34,782 nt of DNA from Octopus bimaculoides (taxonomy: Eukaryota). Every line of letters starts with the position of its first letter. The stretch's first letter is position 1. Below the pieces are notes generated by a model. It was not told the origin of the DNA, did not search any database, and was given only the letters and a program-made list of their open reading frames with translations. This document shows positions 11,950 through 24,258 of this stretch, one piece after another. Both the position numbers and the translations under genes were made by a program. The stretch lies in the NCBI RefSeq assembly GCF_001194135.2, contig NC_068988.1:79219839-79254620 (forward strand), read 5' to 3'.

Positions 11950-11991
11950 TGAGGAGGAGGAGGATGATGATGATAATAATAATTATAATCA

Positions 11992-13890
11992 CTACTACAG
12001 ACAGTACATGGATTTACCAAAGAAATAGATATGAAATTTGGCTTAGAAAAATTGGTCAAAGCAACCTTGAAAAGAGGAAAAACTAGTTAAGAGTAGCGAC
12101 ATCACACTAGATAAAGCCAATGAAATAAGAGAATTAGACCAAAGCCAGCCATACAAATATTTAGGAATCAATGAACTAGATAGGATACAACACACACAAA
12201 TGAAAGAGAAGATAAGAAAAAGATACAATAGACGAGTTAGATCAATACTAAAAACAGAGCTCAATCCTAAAAACAAGATAATAGGTATTAACACTTTAGC
12301 CGTCCCAGTTATAAGTTACAGCTACAATATCCTTAACTGGGCACTAAATGAACTAACCAAAATAGACGGGAAAACAAGAAAAATAATGACCCGATGTAGA
12401 ATGCACCACCCAAAATCTGACGTAGAAAGGCTATAAATACAACGTATAGAAGGTGGCAGGGGTCTTATACAGCTTGAAAACTATTATAAAATAACCACCA
12501 CAGGACAGCAAAAATACCTGCTTCAGAAGCAAGGAAAACTAATACAAATAGCCACAAAACACGAGCAAAACAAGAAACTGTTTTCAGTATTTAAGGAAGC
12601 TGACAAATACAAACAAGAATTCATACTACCTAACAAATATGAAGAAGAAGAAGAAGAAGAAGAAGAAGAAGAAGAAGAAGAAGAAGAANNNNNNNNNNNN
12701 NNNNNNNNNNNNNNNNNNNNNNNNNNNNNNNNNNNNNNNNNNNNNNNNNNNNNNNNNNNNNNNNNNNNNNNNNNNNNNNNNNNNNNNNNNNNNNNNNNNN
12801 NNNNNNNNNNNNNNNNNNNNNNNNNNNNNNNNNNNNNNNNNNNNNNNNNNNNNNNNNNNNNNNNNNNNNNNNNNNNNNNNNNNNNNNNNNNNNNNNNNNN
12901 NNNNNNNNNNNNNNNNNNNNNNNNNNNNNNNNNNNNNNNNNNNNNNNNNNNNNNNNNNNNNNNNNNNNNNNNNNNNNNNNNNNNNNNNNNNNNNNNNNNN
13001 NNNNNNNNNNNNNNNNNNNNNNNNNNNNNNNNNNNNNNNNNNNNNNNNNNNNNNNNNNNNNNNNNNNNNNNNNNNNNNNNNNNNNNNNNNNNNNNNNNNN
13101 NNNNNNNNNNNNNNNNNNNNNNNNNNNNNNNNNNNNNNNNNNNNNNNNNNNNNNNNNNNNNNNNNNNNNNNNNNNNNNNNNNNNAAAATCCCAGCAATGG
13201 CTGAGAAGCTCAGGACTCAAAGCAGAGACTGAAGGATTTTTAATTGCATCACAAGACCAAAGCCTCCCCACCAGAAATTACCAAAAACATATAATGAAAA
13301 GAAACATAACAAGTAACTGCAGAATATGTGGCGATGGACAAGAAACAATAAATCATATTATCTCTGGCTGCCCAGTCCTGGCTAAGAAGGAATATATTCA
13401 CAGACACGACAGAGCTGGGACCTATATACACTGGAAGCTATGCCAACACTATGGAATAACAACAGAAAAAAGATGGTGTAGGAACACGCCAGAAAAGGTC
13501 ACAGAAAGCGGGAAAGCAACCATACTCTGGGATATGCTAATACACACAGATAGAGAAATTAAGGCCAATAGGGCAGATACACTTGTCAGAGATCATGAAA
13601 AAAAAATGCTTTCTAATCGAATGTGGAATCTAAAGACAGAAACAATTCCTATCATAGTGGTCGCATTAGGTATGATAAAAAATATTCAGACAAATACATG
13701 ACAAAAACACCAGGACTTACAAATATATATAATATACAGAAAATTGCAATACTGGGCACTGCACACATCCTACGCAAAACACTTTCAATACAGTAACCAT
13801 AAGAGCATCACAGCAAACCACAACACATACCCATGGCACATAGAGCTGCGCTCGGTAGGGAAGTGAAAGCACGTTATAAAAATAAAACTA

Positions 13891-13893
<3 letters not shown>
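11992..13893 (+). mobile_element. 5'-truncated R4/Dong-clade (restriction-like endonuclease) non-LTR retrotransposon
   Basis: RT C-terminus DMKFGLEK, YKYLG, GGRGL; after the gap ETEGFLIASQDQ, CCHC knuckle CRICG...HIISGC, RHD and NRAD (mutated NRPD endonuclease motif); ends ILGTAHILRKTLSIQ* (stop 13794-13796), then 3' UTR and (TAA)n. Confidence 0.9.
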
Positions 13894-13971
<78 letters not shown>

Positions 13972-13974
<3 letters not shown>

Positions 13975-14485
13975 CTGAGCAAATATAAAGATCTTGAAAT
14001 AGAAATTAGCAAAATGTGGAATCTGAAGACGAAAACAATACCTATTGTCATNNNNNNNNNNNNNNNNNNNNNNNNNNNNNNNNNNNNNNNNNNNNNNNNN
14101 NNNNNNNNNNNNNNNNNNNNNNNNNNNNNNNNNNNNNNNNNNNNNNNNNNNNNNNNNNNNNNNNNNNNNNNNNNNNNNNNNNNNNNNNNNNNNNNNNNNN
14201 NNNNNNNNNNNNNNNNNNNNNNNNNNNNNNNNNNNNNNNNNNNNNNNNNNNNNNNNNNNNNNNNNNNNNNNNNNNNNNNNNNNNNNNNNNNNNNNNNNNN
14301 NNNNNNNNNNNNNNNNNNNNNNNNNNNNNNNNNNNNNNNNNNNNNNNNNNNNNNNNNNNTACAAATCCAAATATATGGTACCCTAGGCATAACACCTACA
14401 TGAACTTCTAACTTGTTGTCTCTTGAGGTCTCTGGGTGAGACTTGGATCCAACTTGTACAAATGCAAAACAAAAGTCAAACATAA

Positions 14486-14486
<1 letters not shown>
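13972..14486 (+). mobile_element. Further short R4/Dong copy with a different 3' UTR
   Basis: KLSKYKDLEIEISKMWNLKTKTIPIV before the gap; after the gap GTLGITPT* and a 3' UTR ending CAAAAGTCAAACATAAAA(TAA)n. Continuity across the gap is assumed. Confidence 0.75.
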
Positions 14487-14519
<33 letters not shown>

Positions 14520-14566
14520 TCGAAAAACACTTTAGGAATGAGAACCCAGGTTCGAAATTTCCCCAA

Positions 14567-14612
14567 GACACCTGATGAAGGCTGAAGGGTATATCCGCCG
14601 AAACGTTGTGTT
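14567..14612 (+). ncRNA. Minimal type I hammerhead ribozyme (PLE-type)
   Basis: GACAC CUGAUGA A GGCUGA-loop-UCCGCC GAAA CG UU GUGUU. Stem I is GACAC/GUGUU; stem II has 5 of 6 pairs; stem III is the palindrome ACGU; predicted cleavage after GUU (14607). Confidence 0.7.
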
Positions 14613-16121
14613 AACAACAAACAGGATGAGGACAAATATCCGTCAAATGTAAATAATGTAAATAATATACATAATTCCTCACACCTTAAATATAGAACTG
14701 TATACACTTTGGTTGTCAGTCTTCAAATGGCAACGATTACGTTAGCGACAGTTGTATCTAACGAATGGCAGAGCAATTAGAGAAGTAAATTCTTTGTTAG
14801 TACCAGAACAAGCAATAAAATGAAACGTAGCGACATAAACAAAGGTTTAATATATTCAGCATTCAATAGTAAGATGAATTTTACTACGTGTCTGTTGAAA
14901 TTCTTGCACTATATGACTTAGGTCTGACAAGAGCAGACACATTAATTTAAAACTTTCGGTCAACAAAAGTTAATTAAGCCTTACATTAGATAGCCTTGTA
15001 ATTGAACTGAATCTACAATTGAACTAGCAGCTTGTTTTAGTTTTGTTTTTGCTGTTTTAACTTTTATCAACGAGTTACAAATAATTTAGATGAATTTTAA
15101 CAATTAAGTGATTTGTGTTCAAATATCTTTGAACTAATGGTTTCTTTTTAATTAGTTAGGTCGTATTGATGTGAATCTCCTTAATGGCTTGTTTTTTTCA
15201 TCTATTTACATTTTTTATGAATAATTTACCATACGTGTATAATTCAAATATGCATTCCTCGTTAAAGTTTTTCCATCAAGATATTATATCCGCAATTATG
15301 GTACTGACCAGTAAAGAACTCTGTCGTGTGTTTTCATACTTTAGCACTTCAATATAATCTACTTCTAAAACTACTTTAGTCATACGGAAATCAATTTAAC
15401 ATGGACAATTTAACAGAAGGGTTTTCAATTACTTTTGGAAAAATTGTGCATTTTATTCTTTGAAACAAGTCATTGAATATCTGAAGGTGAAAATAACCTG
15501 AATGAAATAGAAATCCCTCTTTATACTACTTTGCAACTTCACTTCTATCATTTCACGCCTTAAGTTTTCATTGTATCACTTTACGTTTTCAGTTACCCTT
15601 CTACAATTTCATATCATCAATTCTCTGTATACCACTTTACATTCGCAACCGCTTTACGTTCTCAGTTTTCTTTACATTGTCTTCAAGTCATCCATTCTTA
15701 CACGGATTTATGCTTTCAGCTCCTTTTTACACCACTTTATATTTGTACCGATGCTAGAATTATTACAGAATCAGTTGACAAAATGCCTTATCATGTTTGG
15801 TTGCACCTCTTTATTCCGAAGCCAATTTTGCTTTTCATCTTCCCAACGTCGATCAAATAAAGTTGTGGTCAAAAACTGAAGGTGATTAAATCGATTTTTA
15901 ATATTGAGTTTCATTAGGCTTAGTATTTCATGGGCCCTTGAGTTTGTATGGGACTCTCCGATTTATCCAAGTTGCATTTTCACTCTTTTTGGGGACATTT
16001 CCTTGCTGACATTTATGTAGGTTTTTGCTTCGCCTTACTTTACAGGATTTGAACACACGTTGCGTTCATCTTTGTACTGGCCCAGCGTCTTGGGTCATTG
16101 TGACTAATATAAGAGTACACT

Positions 16122-16264
16122 ATTGTTGTTTATTATTATTATCATTATTATTATTATTATTATTGCTGTTGTTGTTGTTGTTGTTGTCGTTGTTGTTGTT
16201 CTTCTTCTTCTTCTTCGTCTTCTTATCATCATCATCATCATCATTATCATCATCATCATCATCA

Positions 16265-16341
<77 letters not shown>
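16122..16341. repeat. Compound (TTA)/(TTG)/(TTC)/(TCA) microsatellite
   Basis: Directly visible. Confidence 0.95.
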
Positions 16342-16485
16342 GAGGCGGCGAGATAGCAGAATTGTTAGCACGCTGGACGAAATGTTTAGCGGTATTTCGC
16401 CTGTCACTACGTTCTGAGTTCAAATTCCGCCGAGGTCGATTTTACCTTTCATCCTTTCGGAGTCGATAAATTATAAAGGATTATT
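16342..16485 (+). mobile_element. SINE (third family), internally deleted copy
   Basis: GGCGGCGAG...GTTCTGAGTTCAAATTCCGCCGAGGTCGA (box B-like); homologous to 27597-27812 and 27861-28047; AAAGGATTATT tail. Confidence 0.8.
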
Positions 16486-16512
16486 ATCATTATTGTTGTT
16501 GTTGTTCGACAG

Positions 16513-17088
16513 TACGAAGAGCGCAATGTGATTGCAATAGATATTTTACTGGTTTGAACGATACTTCGACAACTTGCCTGTCTTTGTCGAGTTCAAAATG
16601 AAAAGTAATGCATAGAAATTTGAACGAGAGCAACCAGCGTTCCCACGTTGACTGAATGACATCATCAGTCTTCAATTTTCAAGTCTACAACTGGCAAAAA
16701 GAAAAAGAAAGAAAAAGTGAGAAAAAAAAAGAAAAAGAAGAATATTTAACCAAACAGTTTTGTGTAATTATGAAATTCCCCTGTCATTTTGTTCATCTCT
16801 TCAGAGCGTGATGTTAACAACTCACAAACGTATTTTTCCTCACACATTTTGAGGACTGAGTGTGTAATACATTCAGAATATTTTCTGAGAATATGCGCTT
16901 TCAAGTCTTATTTTTCTTTTTCAAAATTACAGGCGTTTGAAGTAAAATATTCGGCAGGTTCAATTAGAATTTCTATAATTTTGACTTTTTATGTATCACT
17001 TTTCATTTTGACTTCGACAAAGACAGGCAAGTTGTCGAAATATTCAAACCAATAAAATATTTATTGCAATTGCATCGCAATCTTCGTA
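16513..17088. mobile_element. MITE-like foldback element with ~95-bp inverted arms and TA termini (Tc1/mariner-like)
   Basis: TACGAAGA...TTCGACAACTTGCCTGTCTTTGTCGAG..CAAAATGAAAAGT (~16513-16603) versus ACTTTTCATTTTG..TCGACAAAGACAGGCAAGTTGTCGAA...TCTTCGTA (~16998-17088). Confidence 0.7.
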
Positions 17089-17124
17089 CACTTTGTTTAC
17101 CTTTCTGAAGAGTTACGTCACTCC

Positions 17125-17188
<64 letters not shown>

Positions 17189-17235
17189 TTCTATTAGATT
17201 AAAAAATGTTTGTATAATACAAAATATAAAAGAAA

Positions 17236-17308
<73 letters not shown>
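17125..17308. repeat. (TAA)n and (TTA)n tracts in inverted arrangement
   Basis: (TAA)n ~17125-17188 and (TTA)n ~17238-17308. Confidence 0.95.
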
Positions 17309-17309
<1 letters not shown>

Positions 17310-18899
17310 GTTATATGCTCTAGTCTGTCTAAAGTCGATCTTATATGCTCTGGTTTATATAACTTCAGAAAGTTGAACTATGAACTTTAATGCTTCCTTT
17401 TTTTTTTCTTTCTTTCCTTCTCCTTATTTTTTAACTCTCTTCCTCTGTGTTGTCCTCTTATTANNNNNNNNNNNNNNNNNNNNNNNNNNNNNNNNNNNNN
17501 NNNNNNNNNNNNNNNNNNNNNNNNNNNNNNNNNNNNNNNNNNNNNNNNNNNNNNNNNNNNNNNNNNNNNNNNNNNNNNNNNNNNNNNNNNNNNNNNNNNN
17601 NNNNNNNNNNNNNNNNNNNNNNNNNNNNNNNNNNNNNNNNNNNNNNNNNNNNNNNNNNNNNNNNNNNNNNNNNNNNNNNNNNNNNNNNNNNNNNNNNNNN
17701 NNNNNNNNNNNNNNNNNNNNNNNNNNNNNNNNNNNNNNNNNNNNNNNNNNNNNNNNNNNNNNNNNNNNNNNNNNNNNNNNNNNNNNNNNNNNNNNNNNNN
17801 NNNNNNNNNNNNNNNNNNNNNNNNNNNNNNNNNNNNNNNNNNNNNNNNNNNNNNNNNNNNNNNNNNNNNNNNNNNNNNNNNNNNNNNNNNNNNNNNNNNN
17901 NNNNNNNNNNNNNNNNNNNNNNNNNNNNNNNNNNNNNNNNNNNNNNNNNNNNNNNNNNNNNNNNNNNNNNNNNNNNNNNNNNNNNNNNNNNNNNNNNNNN
18001 NNNNNNNNNNNNNNNNNNNNNNNNNNNNNNNNNNNNNNNNNNNNNNNNNNNNNNNNNNNNNNNNNNNNNNNNNNNNNNNNNNNNNNNNNNNNNNNNNNNN
18101 NNNNNNNATATATAATAATATTAGGGACAAAATCCAAAATTACAGGTAAAAACTCAATTAAAATCAATTTATAAAAAATCAAAATTAAATTGAGCTTTAT
18201 AGATAAAATATATATAAAATATATAGTTTTAGGGAAAATAACCAAGTTTCAAGATCTCATCAATGAAAATCCACTATCACATATAGAAAAATTAACAATT
18301 AAAGGCACAATAAATGAGTATAATATAAAACAAAGTAAATATCATAAGATAAATATAATAAAATGACTACACGTGTTTCATAACTAATTTTCAAATAGAA
18401 AGGAAATTTAAATCGATTAAAATCAATTAAAATCAATTGAAATTATCTAAAATAAATTCTATTCAAAAATATAGCTAATCTTCAGGTCAATATTTAAAAT
18501 AAATAAATATATATATCTCAACCAACAATAAGTACCAAATGAATTTATATGAAATACTCATTTATAAAGATAGAAAAATTATTAAAAATATCAAAATATC
18601 AAAATCATAAACATTCAATAATCATCCCTTCATCCATTATAATATATGCTAACATGTATATTATATACAAAAACCAGCTTACATAAATTATCATTGTTTT
18701 AAATTATCATTGTTTTAAATACAATTTGAACGAAGTTTAAGTTTAGAATAATAATGAAGATAAAATTAGTACATATTTAACCGGTGTAATAGTTAAAGCT
18801 ATACTATTCAAAACTAAAAACGTTTATTTAATTATCATTAAAAATCAATTGAATAATAGAAAAATACAAGAATATTAATTTCTATAAACGTAAAAATAA

Positions 18900-19388
18900 A
18901 AATATGTTAGGAAAGGAACTTGCTGGAGATATTGCTAAACAAGAACATGACAAACAATCTTATAATTCCGCTAACATTTCTCAACCAAACAAGAAGACGA
19001 TCTTCAACCTCATTTGAGATTCCTCAGCCAAAGCAAAAAGGAAGATGTTCTTTGTGTAGCCCCGAAATAGATCAGGAAAATTTGTACTACATGAAAGAAT
19101 TGTAATATCTATGTTTGCCAAGAACATTCCAATGTTGTCAGCATTCACTGCCATGAAGAGCTGTAATTCTGTATTTCTGCAATTTTTTAAAATTTATACT
19201 ATATTCTGTAAGCTGTATTTTTTTTTTTATCAAAATGTGTGAGAAACAGTAATTCTTCATTCTCTTGATAGCATATATAATGTAGCTAAGAAATAGTGGT
19301 AGTTTGAATAAAATTTAATTAAAAGAAAAATATTGGTAAAAAGTTGGTAATTAGTGACATACATTTTCTGTGGTAGACCAAGGGTTAA
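18900..19388 (+). mobile_element. piggyBac transposon 3' relic (cysteine-rich C-terminal domain and terminus)
   Basis: MLGKELAG, then GRCSLCS..ID, frameshift, KICTT*KNCNIYVCQEHS..., the piggyBac C-terminal Cys-rich pattern; downstream terminus GGG-TTAA at 19382-19388. Confidence 0.7.
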
Positions 19389-19469
19389 CATGCGTTTAAC
19401 TCGTTATAATGTTGGTAGACATATTTCCCGATAGTTTCTGAATGTTTGTCACTTGTTACTACCTATGCT

Positions 19470-19817
19470 AGTGGAGGCGCAATGGCCCAGTGGTTAGGGC
19501 AGTGGACTCGCGGTCATAGGATCGCGGTTTCGATTCCCAGACCGGGCGTTGTGAGTGTTTATTGAGCGAAAACACCTAAAGCTCCACGAGGCTCTGGCAA
19601 CTTTCTCTCACTCTTACTTCCTGTTTCTGTTGTACCTGTATTTCTAAAGGCCAGCCTTGTCACACTGTGTCACGCTGAATATCCCCGAGAGCTACGTTTA
19701 GGGTACACGTGTCTGTGGAGTACTCAGCCACTTGCACGTTAATTTCACGAGCAGGCTGTTCTGTTGATCGGATCAACTGGAACCCTCGACGTCGTAAGCG
19801 ATGGAGTGCCAACAACA
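19470..19817 (+). mobile_element. tRNA-derived SINE, same family as 8620-9006, with 12-bp TSD
   Basis: Box A TGGCCCAGTGG, box B GGTTTCGATTCC, (CAA)n tail; ACTACCTATGCT at 19458-19469 and 19818-19829. Confidence 0.9.
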
Positions 19818-20519
19818 ACTACCTATGCTGCTGATATAGCTAGGTTTTATTTGTTTATTGTTTTGAATTATACTGTGCAGGAAAACGGCCAATTATTGTA
19901 CCGGACTTACTGCTACACGCAATACATATGTTAGCTGATAGATGTAATTACCATTCGTGATTTTTCTTTACGTTGTTTGCAATTTCCATTTTGATTATAC
20001 TTATTCGATCAACACTAGTTAGTAAGATTATTAAAAATTATTCTATTATTCCCGTTTTAGTGATCCTTCTTAATGCATACGTTTAATCAGCAAATATTTA
20101 TATTACATGTTTTTTTTTATTAAACATTGGTTTCAGTTTAATTATATTTTAATTTTATTTATTATGCACGAGCTTAATGTTTGTTTATCCTTTTATCGTA
20201 GTAAATTTCAGGTAATCAACTTGGATCCTGCTTTTTTGTCTTTTACATTGATTGTAATTCTAATTATGTAAGTTTCGTTCTCGTTTTATTTAATTCTATT
20301 TACGTAGTAACAAACAGATTTAATAAGTATAGCTTCTGTCAGCATATTCCTCATAATTTTCATTTCATTTATTTATCGCTATTTAGCATACTGAGTTTTA
20401 GATATTTATGACGTTGGGTTCTCGGTGTATTGGATCAGATATTATCCATTAAGCACGTGAAAGTAAATTCGTGTAACACACTCACATATACACATGCGTG
20501 CATGCATACATACATGCAA

Positions 20520-20530
20520 ACAGACAGAAC

Positions 20531-20574
<44 letters not shown>

Positions 20575-20617
20575 GACAGACAGACAGACAGATAGATAGA
20601 CGGATAGATAGATAGAC

Positions 20618-20676
<59 letters not shown>
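20520..20676. repeat. (CA)n / (GACA)n / (GATA)n microsatellite
   Basis: Directly visible; another (GATA)n lies at ~21195-21250. Confidence 0.95.
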
Positions 20677-21195
20677 ACAGTTAATGAGCAACTGTGGATT
20701 TAATTTTTTTATAATATATAGATTATTATTCCTGGGCTATTCCCCATCAGTGTGCCTTCAATGATAATGGATTATTTTCTGCACTCGCTACCCGGAAACA
20801 AGTTATTTTCACGTATCGAGAGCAGAAAATTATCTTTTGTTTTATGAATTTTTTACGTTAGCGTTTGGAGGTTGGAATTAATACAAAATGTAAGCAGTAT
20901 AATTATGGAGTAAATAGAATTATTTACATGGTAGTTCCACTGTGCTACTTCCATTCATCAATTATTAAAAATTCTTAAGGGAGAAATTCCTTTCTTTTGT
21001 TTTTCTATTTGCTTGTTGGCTATGTAATCCAAGAACAAGGATTGCCTGTCATACATATTTTACATCTTAATATAATGTTCATCAATTCACATGTTTATCA
21101 CATAATGATGCACATAACATATCAGTATCATTAAACAGGGTGCATACATGTAGCCTATAAGTGTGTGCATAAATTTATACACGTACCGTTTAAAG

Positions 21196-21249
<54 letters not shown>

Positions 21250-24215
21250 TAGAGTCAACAGGCGGGGTCCAGAGACCCTCAGTATAGAAGACACGTAGCA
21301 GTGCTCAAATGATTTGAACTTACACTCCGAAATCTTTATCAAGGACCAAGTCTGCGTGGTCAGGAATGGTTATAAAAACTGATATGAAGACAGTGATGCA
21401 GATAACCACGATTAGGCTTGTTATATAGAATAGATATATACACACATATGCACATGTAGATATATGTAGGGATATATAAAAAGACAAATGAAAATATTCA
21501 GAAAATATTCAAAATGAAAATATTCAGATGAACACTCATGTATAAACAAATAGTATATCTATATATATACATACATATTCAATTAGTGGTTAAATTAGCC
21601 TCATTCAGGGATGGTATCATCCTTAGATTCACTATTATTAACCAACCCCACTAACTACTACCTAACTAAAAAAACTATTAACATTAATATCTACTTCTGT
21701 TACAATTCTATTACACATAAGTTTAACATAGTACTATAATAATTCATTCTATTAGTTAACATATTGTACGCACAATGGATAATTTTCTACCAATATTTTA
21801 CCTTACACAATTGTTACCATTTATATCGGTTATATGTCTGTACTTATACATTTCATTTCATTTCATCCACTTAAAGCATTCATGCTTATATGTATGCATA
21901 TTCAGATAAACATAGCATTGAATAATATTTGGTAATATTTGTATCTGTTATTATCCGCTCCGCATAACTATTTTTATTAATAATATTAACGCGTTTTTAA
22001 ATGCAAAATAATACATGATATGCATTCACATTTTTACATTTATATATGTATTTTTTATATATTCACTTTTCCATATCTTTAGATATATTTTCTTTTTGAT
22101 TATTTCATTTTAATTATTTTTTATATTATTATACTACACCCCCCACTAAAAATATACCTAGTATCATTTTATAGTAATCACCCCTAACCTATTATAACCA
22201 TCATGAGCAACCTTCTGAAAATATCGGAACAAGCATAATTGCTATATGTATAATACTAGAATTTACTATAAGACTTTGAGTAGTCATACTTTGTAACACC
22301 TACGTAAAAATTTCATTATTATTCACCCAACTACATTCACTTAACCATATTAACACATTATTAATAACAAAATAATGACTGATATGCACTCACATTCTTA
22401 TATTTATTTATTCATTTCTGATTTTATTTTTATTTTATATTTTTTTATCTATACATGTTATACTTTTACCGTTTCATTTTAATATAATTACATGTGTGTA
22501 TGTACATGTATATGCATATGACTGTGTGTGGATATGTTGCTGGAACGAACATATGAGTGCTTATGTGTGTGTGTACTTGTATATGCACACTACAGTATTT
22601 ATAGGTACAAATATATATTGATATATGTACAAATTTTAAATGAAGGTGGTTTTATACTTGCAAACGTGTGTGTATAGCTGTTGCCAGTGCAGACATACTT
22701 GGCACATTTCTGCGTACTAGTGTACCGGGACATATGTAGAGATGTATGTCCAGTTAGATTTTTATGTGAATATTTTTTGTGTAATATAATCTCTGTACTT
22801 TAATAAACATATATTTGGATGTGAATGAATGTATATTTATACTTATATATGTATGTTTTTAGATGAGTATATATTCTTTTATATATACACTCAAATGTGT
22901 GTGTGAATATTTGAGAATGTATGTAAATGTAAATATATAGGTATACACTAGTATATATGCGCATGGTTAAGCACGCGTAATTATATATTGATGCGTAGTG
23001 TGTATGTGTACACGCACACACACACACATATATATATATTTATATGTGTGCGTGCGTGTGTGTGTGTGTATTAAAACTTGTCTAAACGTATTTAATAGTA
23101 CCATAAATGTATATCAATTGCTTTAATATTATTTAATTATTTTACTTTTGATTACATTGATAACTTAATTATATATATACTCCTTACTCTTTATATATAT
23201 ACTAGTATATATATATATATATATATATNNNNNNNNNNNNNNNNNNNNNNNNNNNNNNNNNNNNNNNNNNNNNNNNNNNNNNNNNNNNNNNNNNNNNNNN
23301 NNNNNNNNNNNNNNNNNNNNNNNNNNNNNNNNNNNNNNNNNNNNNNNNNNNNNNNNNNNNNNNNNNNNNNNNNNNNNNNNNNNNNNNNNNNNNNNNNNNN
23401 NNNNNNNNNNNNNNNNNNNNNNNNNNNNNNNNNNNNNNNNNNNNNNNNNNNNNNNNNNNNNNNNNNNNNNNNNNNNNNNNNNNNNNNNNNNNNNNNNNNN
23501 NNNNNNNNNNNNNNNNNNNNNNNNNNNNNNNNNNNNNNNNNNNNNNNNNNNNNNNNNNNNNNNNNNNNNNNNNNNNNNNNNNNNNNNNNNNNNNNNNNNN
23601 NNNNNNNNNNNNNNNNNNNNNNNNNNNNNNNNNNNNNNNNNNNNNNNNNNNNNNNNNNNNNNNNTATATATATACATATATATTACTTATTAATTATTCA
23701 ATTACTTAATTTGTTTTTGATTTTGACAATCAAATCTATGCTAAGTTATAAGTACATGAATATATAAACATATATATATTTCTTTTAAATTTCTCTATGT
23801 AAATAAATATAACATAATAAATATTTGATAATTATCTCCACTTTTACATTAACTAGACTTGTTATTGATGATATAAGTCCCCATATTTCTTTAAGCCAGT
23901 TCATTTATGACAAGATAAGAGTCCATCTTCTAGAAATGAAGTATCTTAATTTTCCGTTAGACCAATTTAAATTATATAGAAACGCTATCTTTTTTAAATA
24001 ATTACACCTTATTAACTAATCAAATTATATTGACCTTATGTGATCTATACCAACTTCGTTTTTAGGGTTGGGTGTATAACATTTTGAGTGTGTATGTATA
24101 TATCATTTGTATATATTTATATGTTTATCTGAATGTGCATACATATAAGCATGAATGCTTTAAGTGGATGAAATGAAATAAAATGTATAAGTACAGACAT
24201 ATATATATATGTACA

Positions 24216-24258
<43 letters not shown>

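Larger units (their letters stand above)
10686..14705. mobile_element. Head-to-head composite element (tRNA-like head, (TAA)n, hammerhead tail, twice) with 9-bp TSD; right arm interrupted by R4/Dong copies
   Basis: ACTTTGGTT at 10677-10685 and 14706-14714. Tails 10686-10811 (minus) and 14518-14661 (plus) are inverted homologues. Central 42-bp arms lie at 10901-10942 and 10951-10992. Continuity across three gaps is inferred. Confidence 0.7.

Noticed and set aside
20774-20830. 14-bp inverted repeat (13/14) with 29-nt spacer
   Set aside because: Too short and AT-rich to distinguish from chance; no TSD or second copy.
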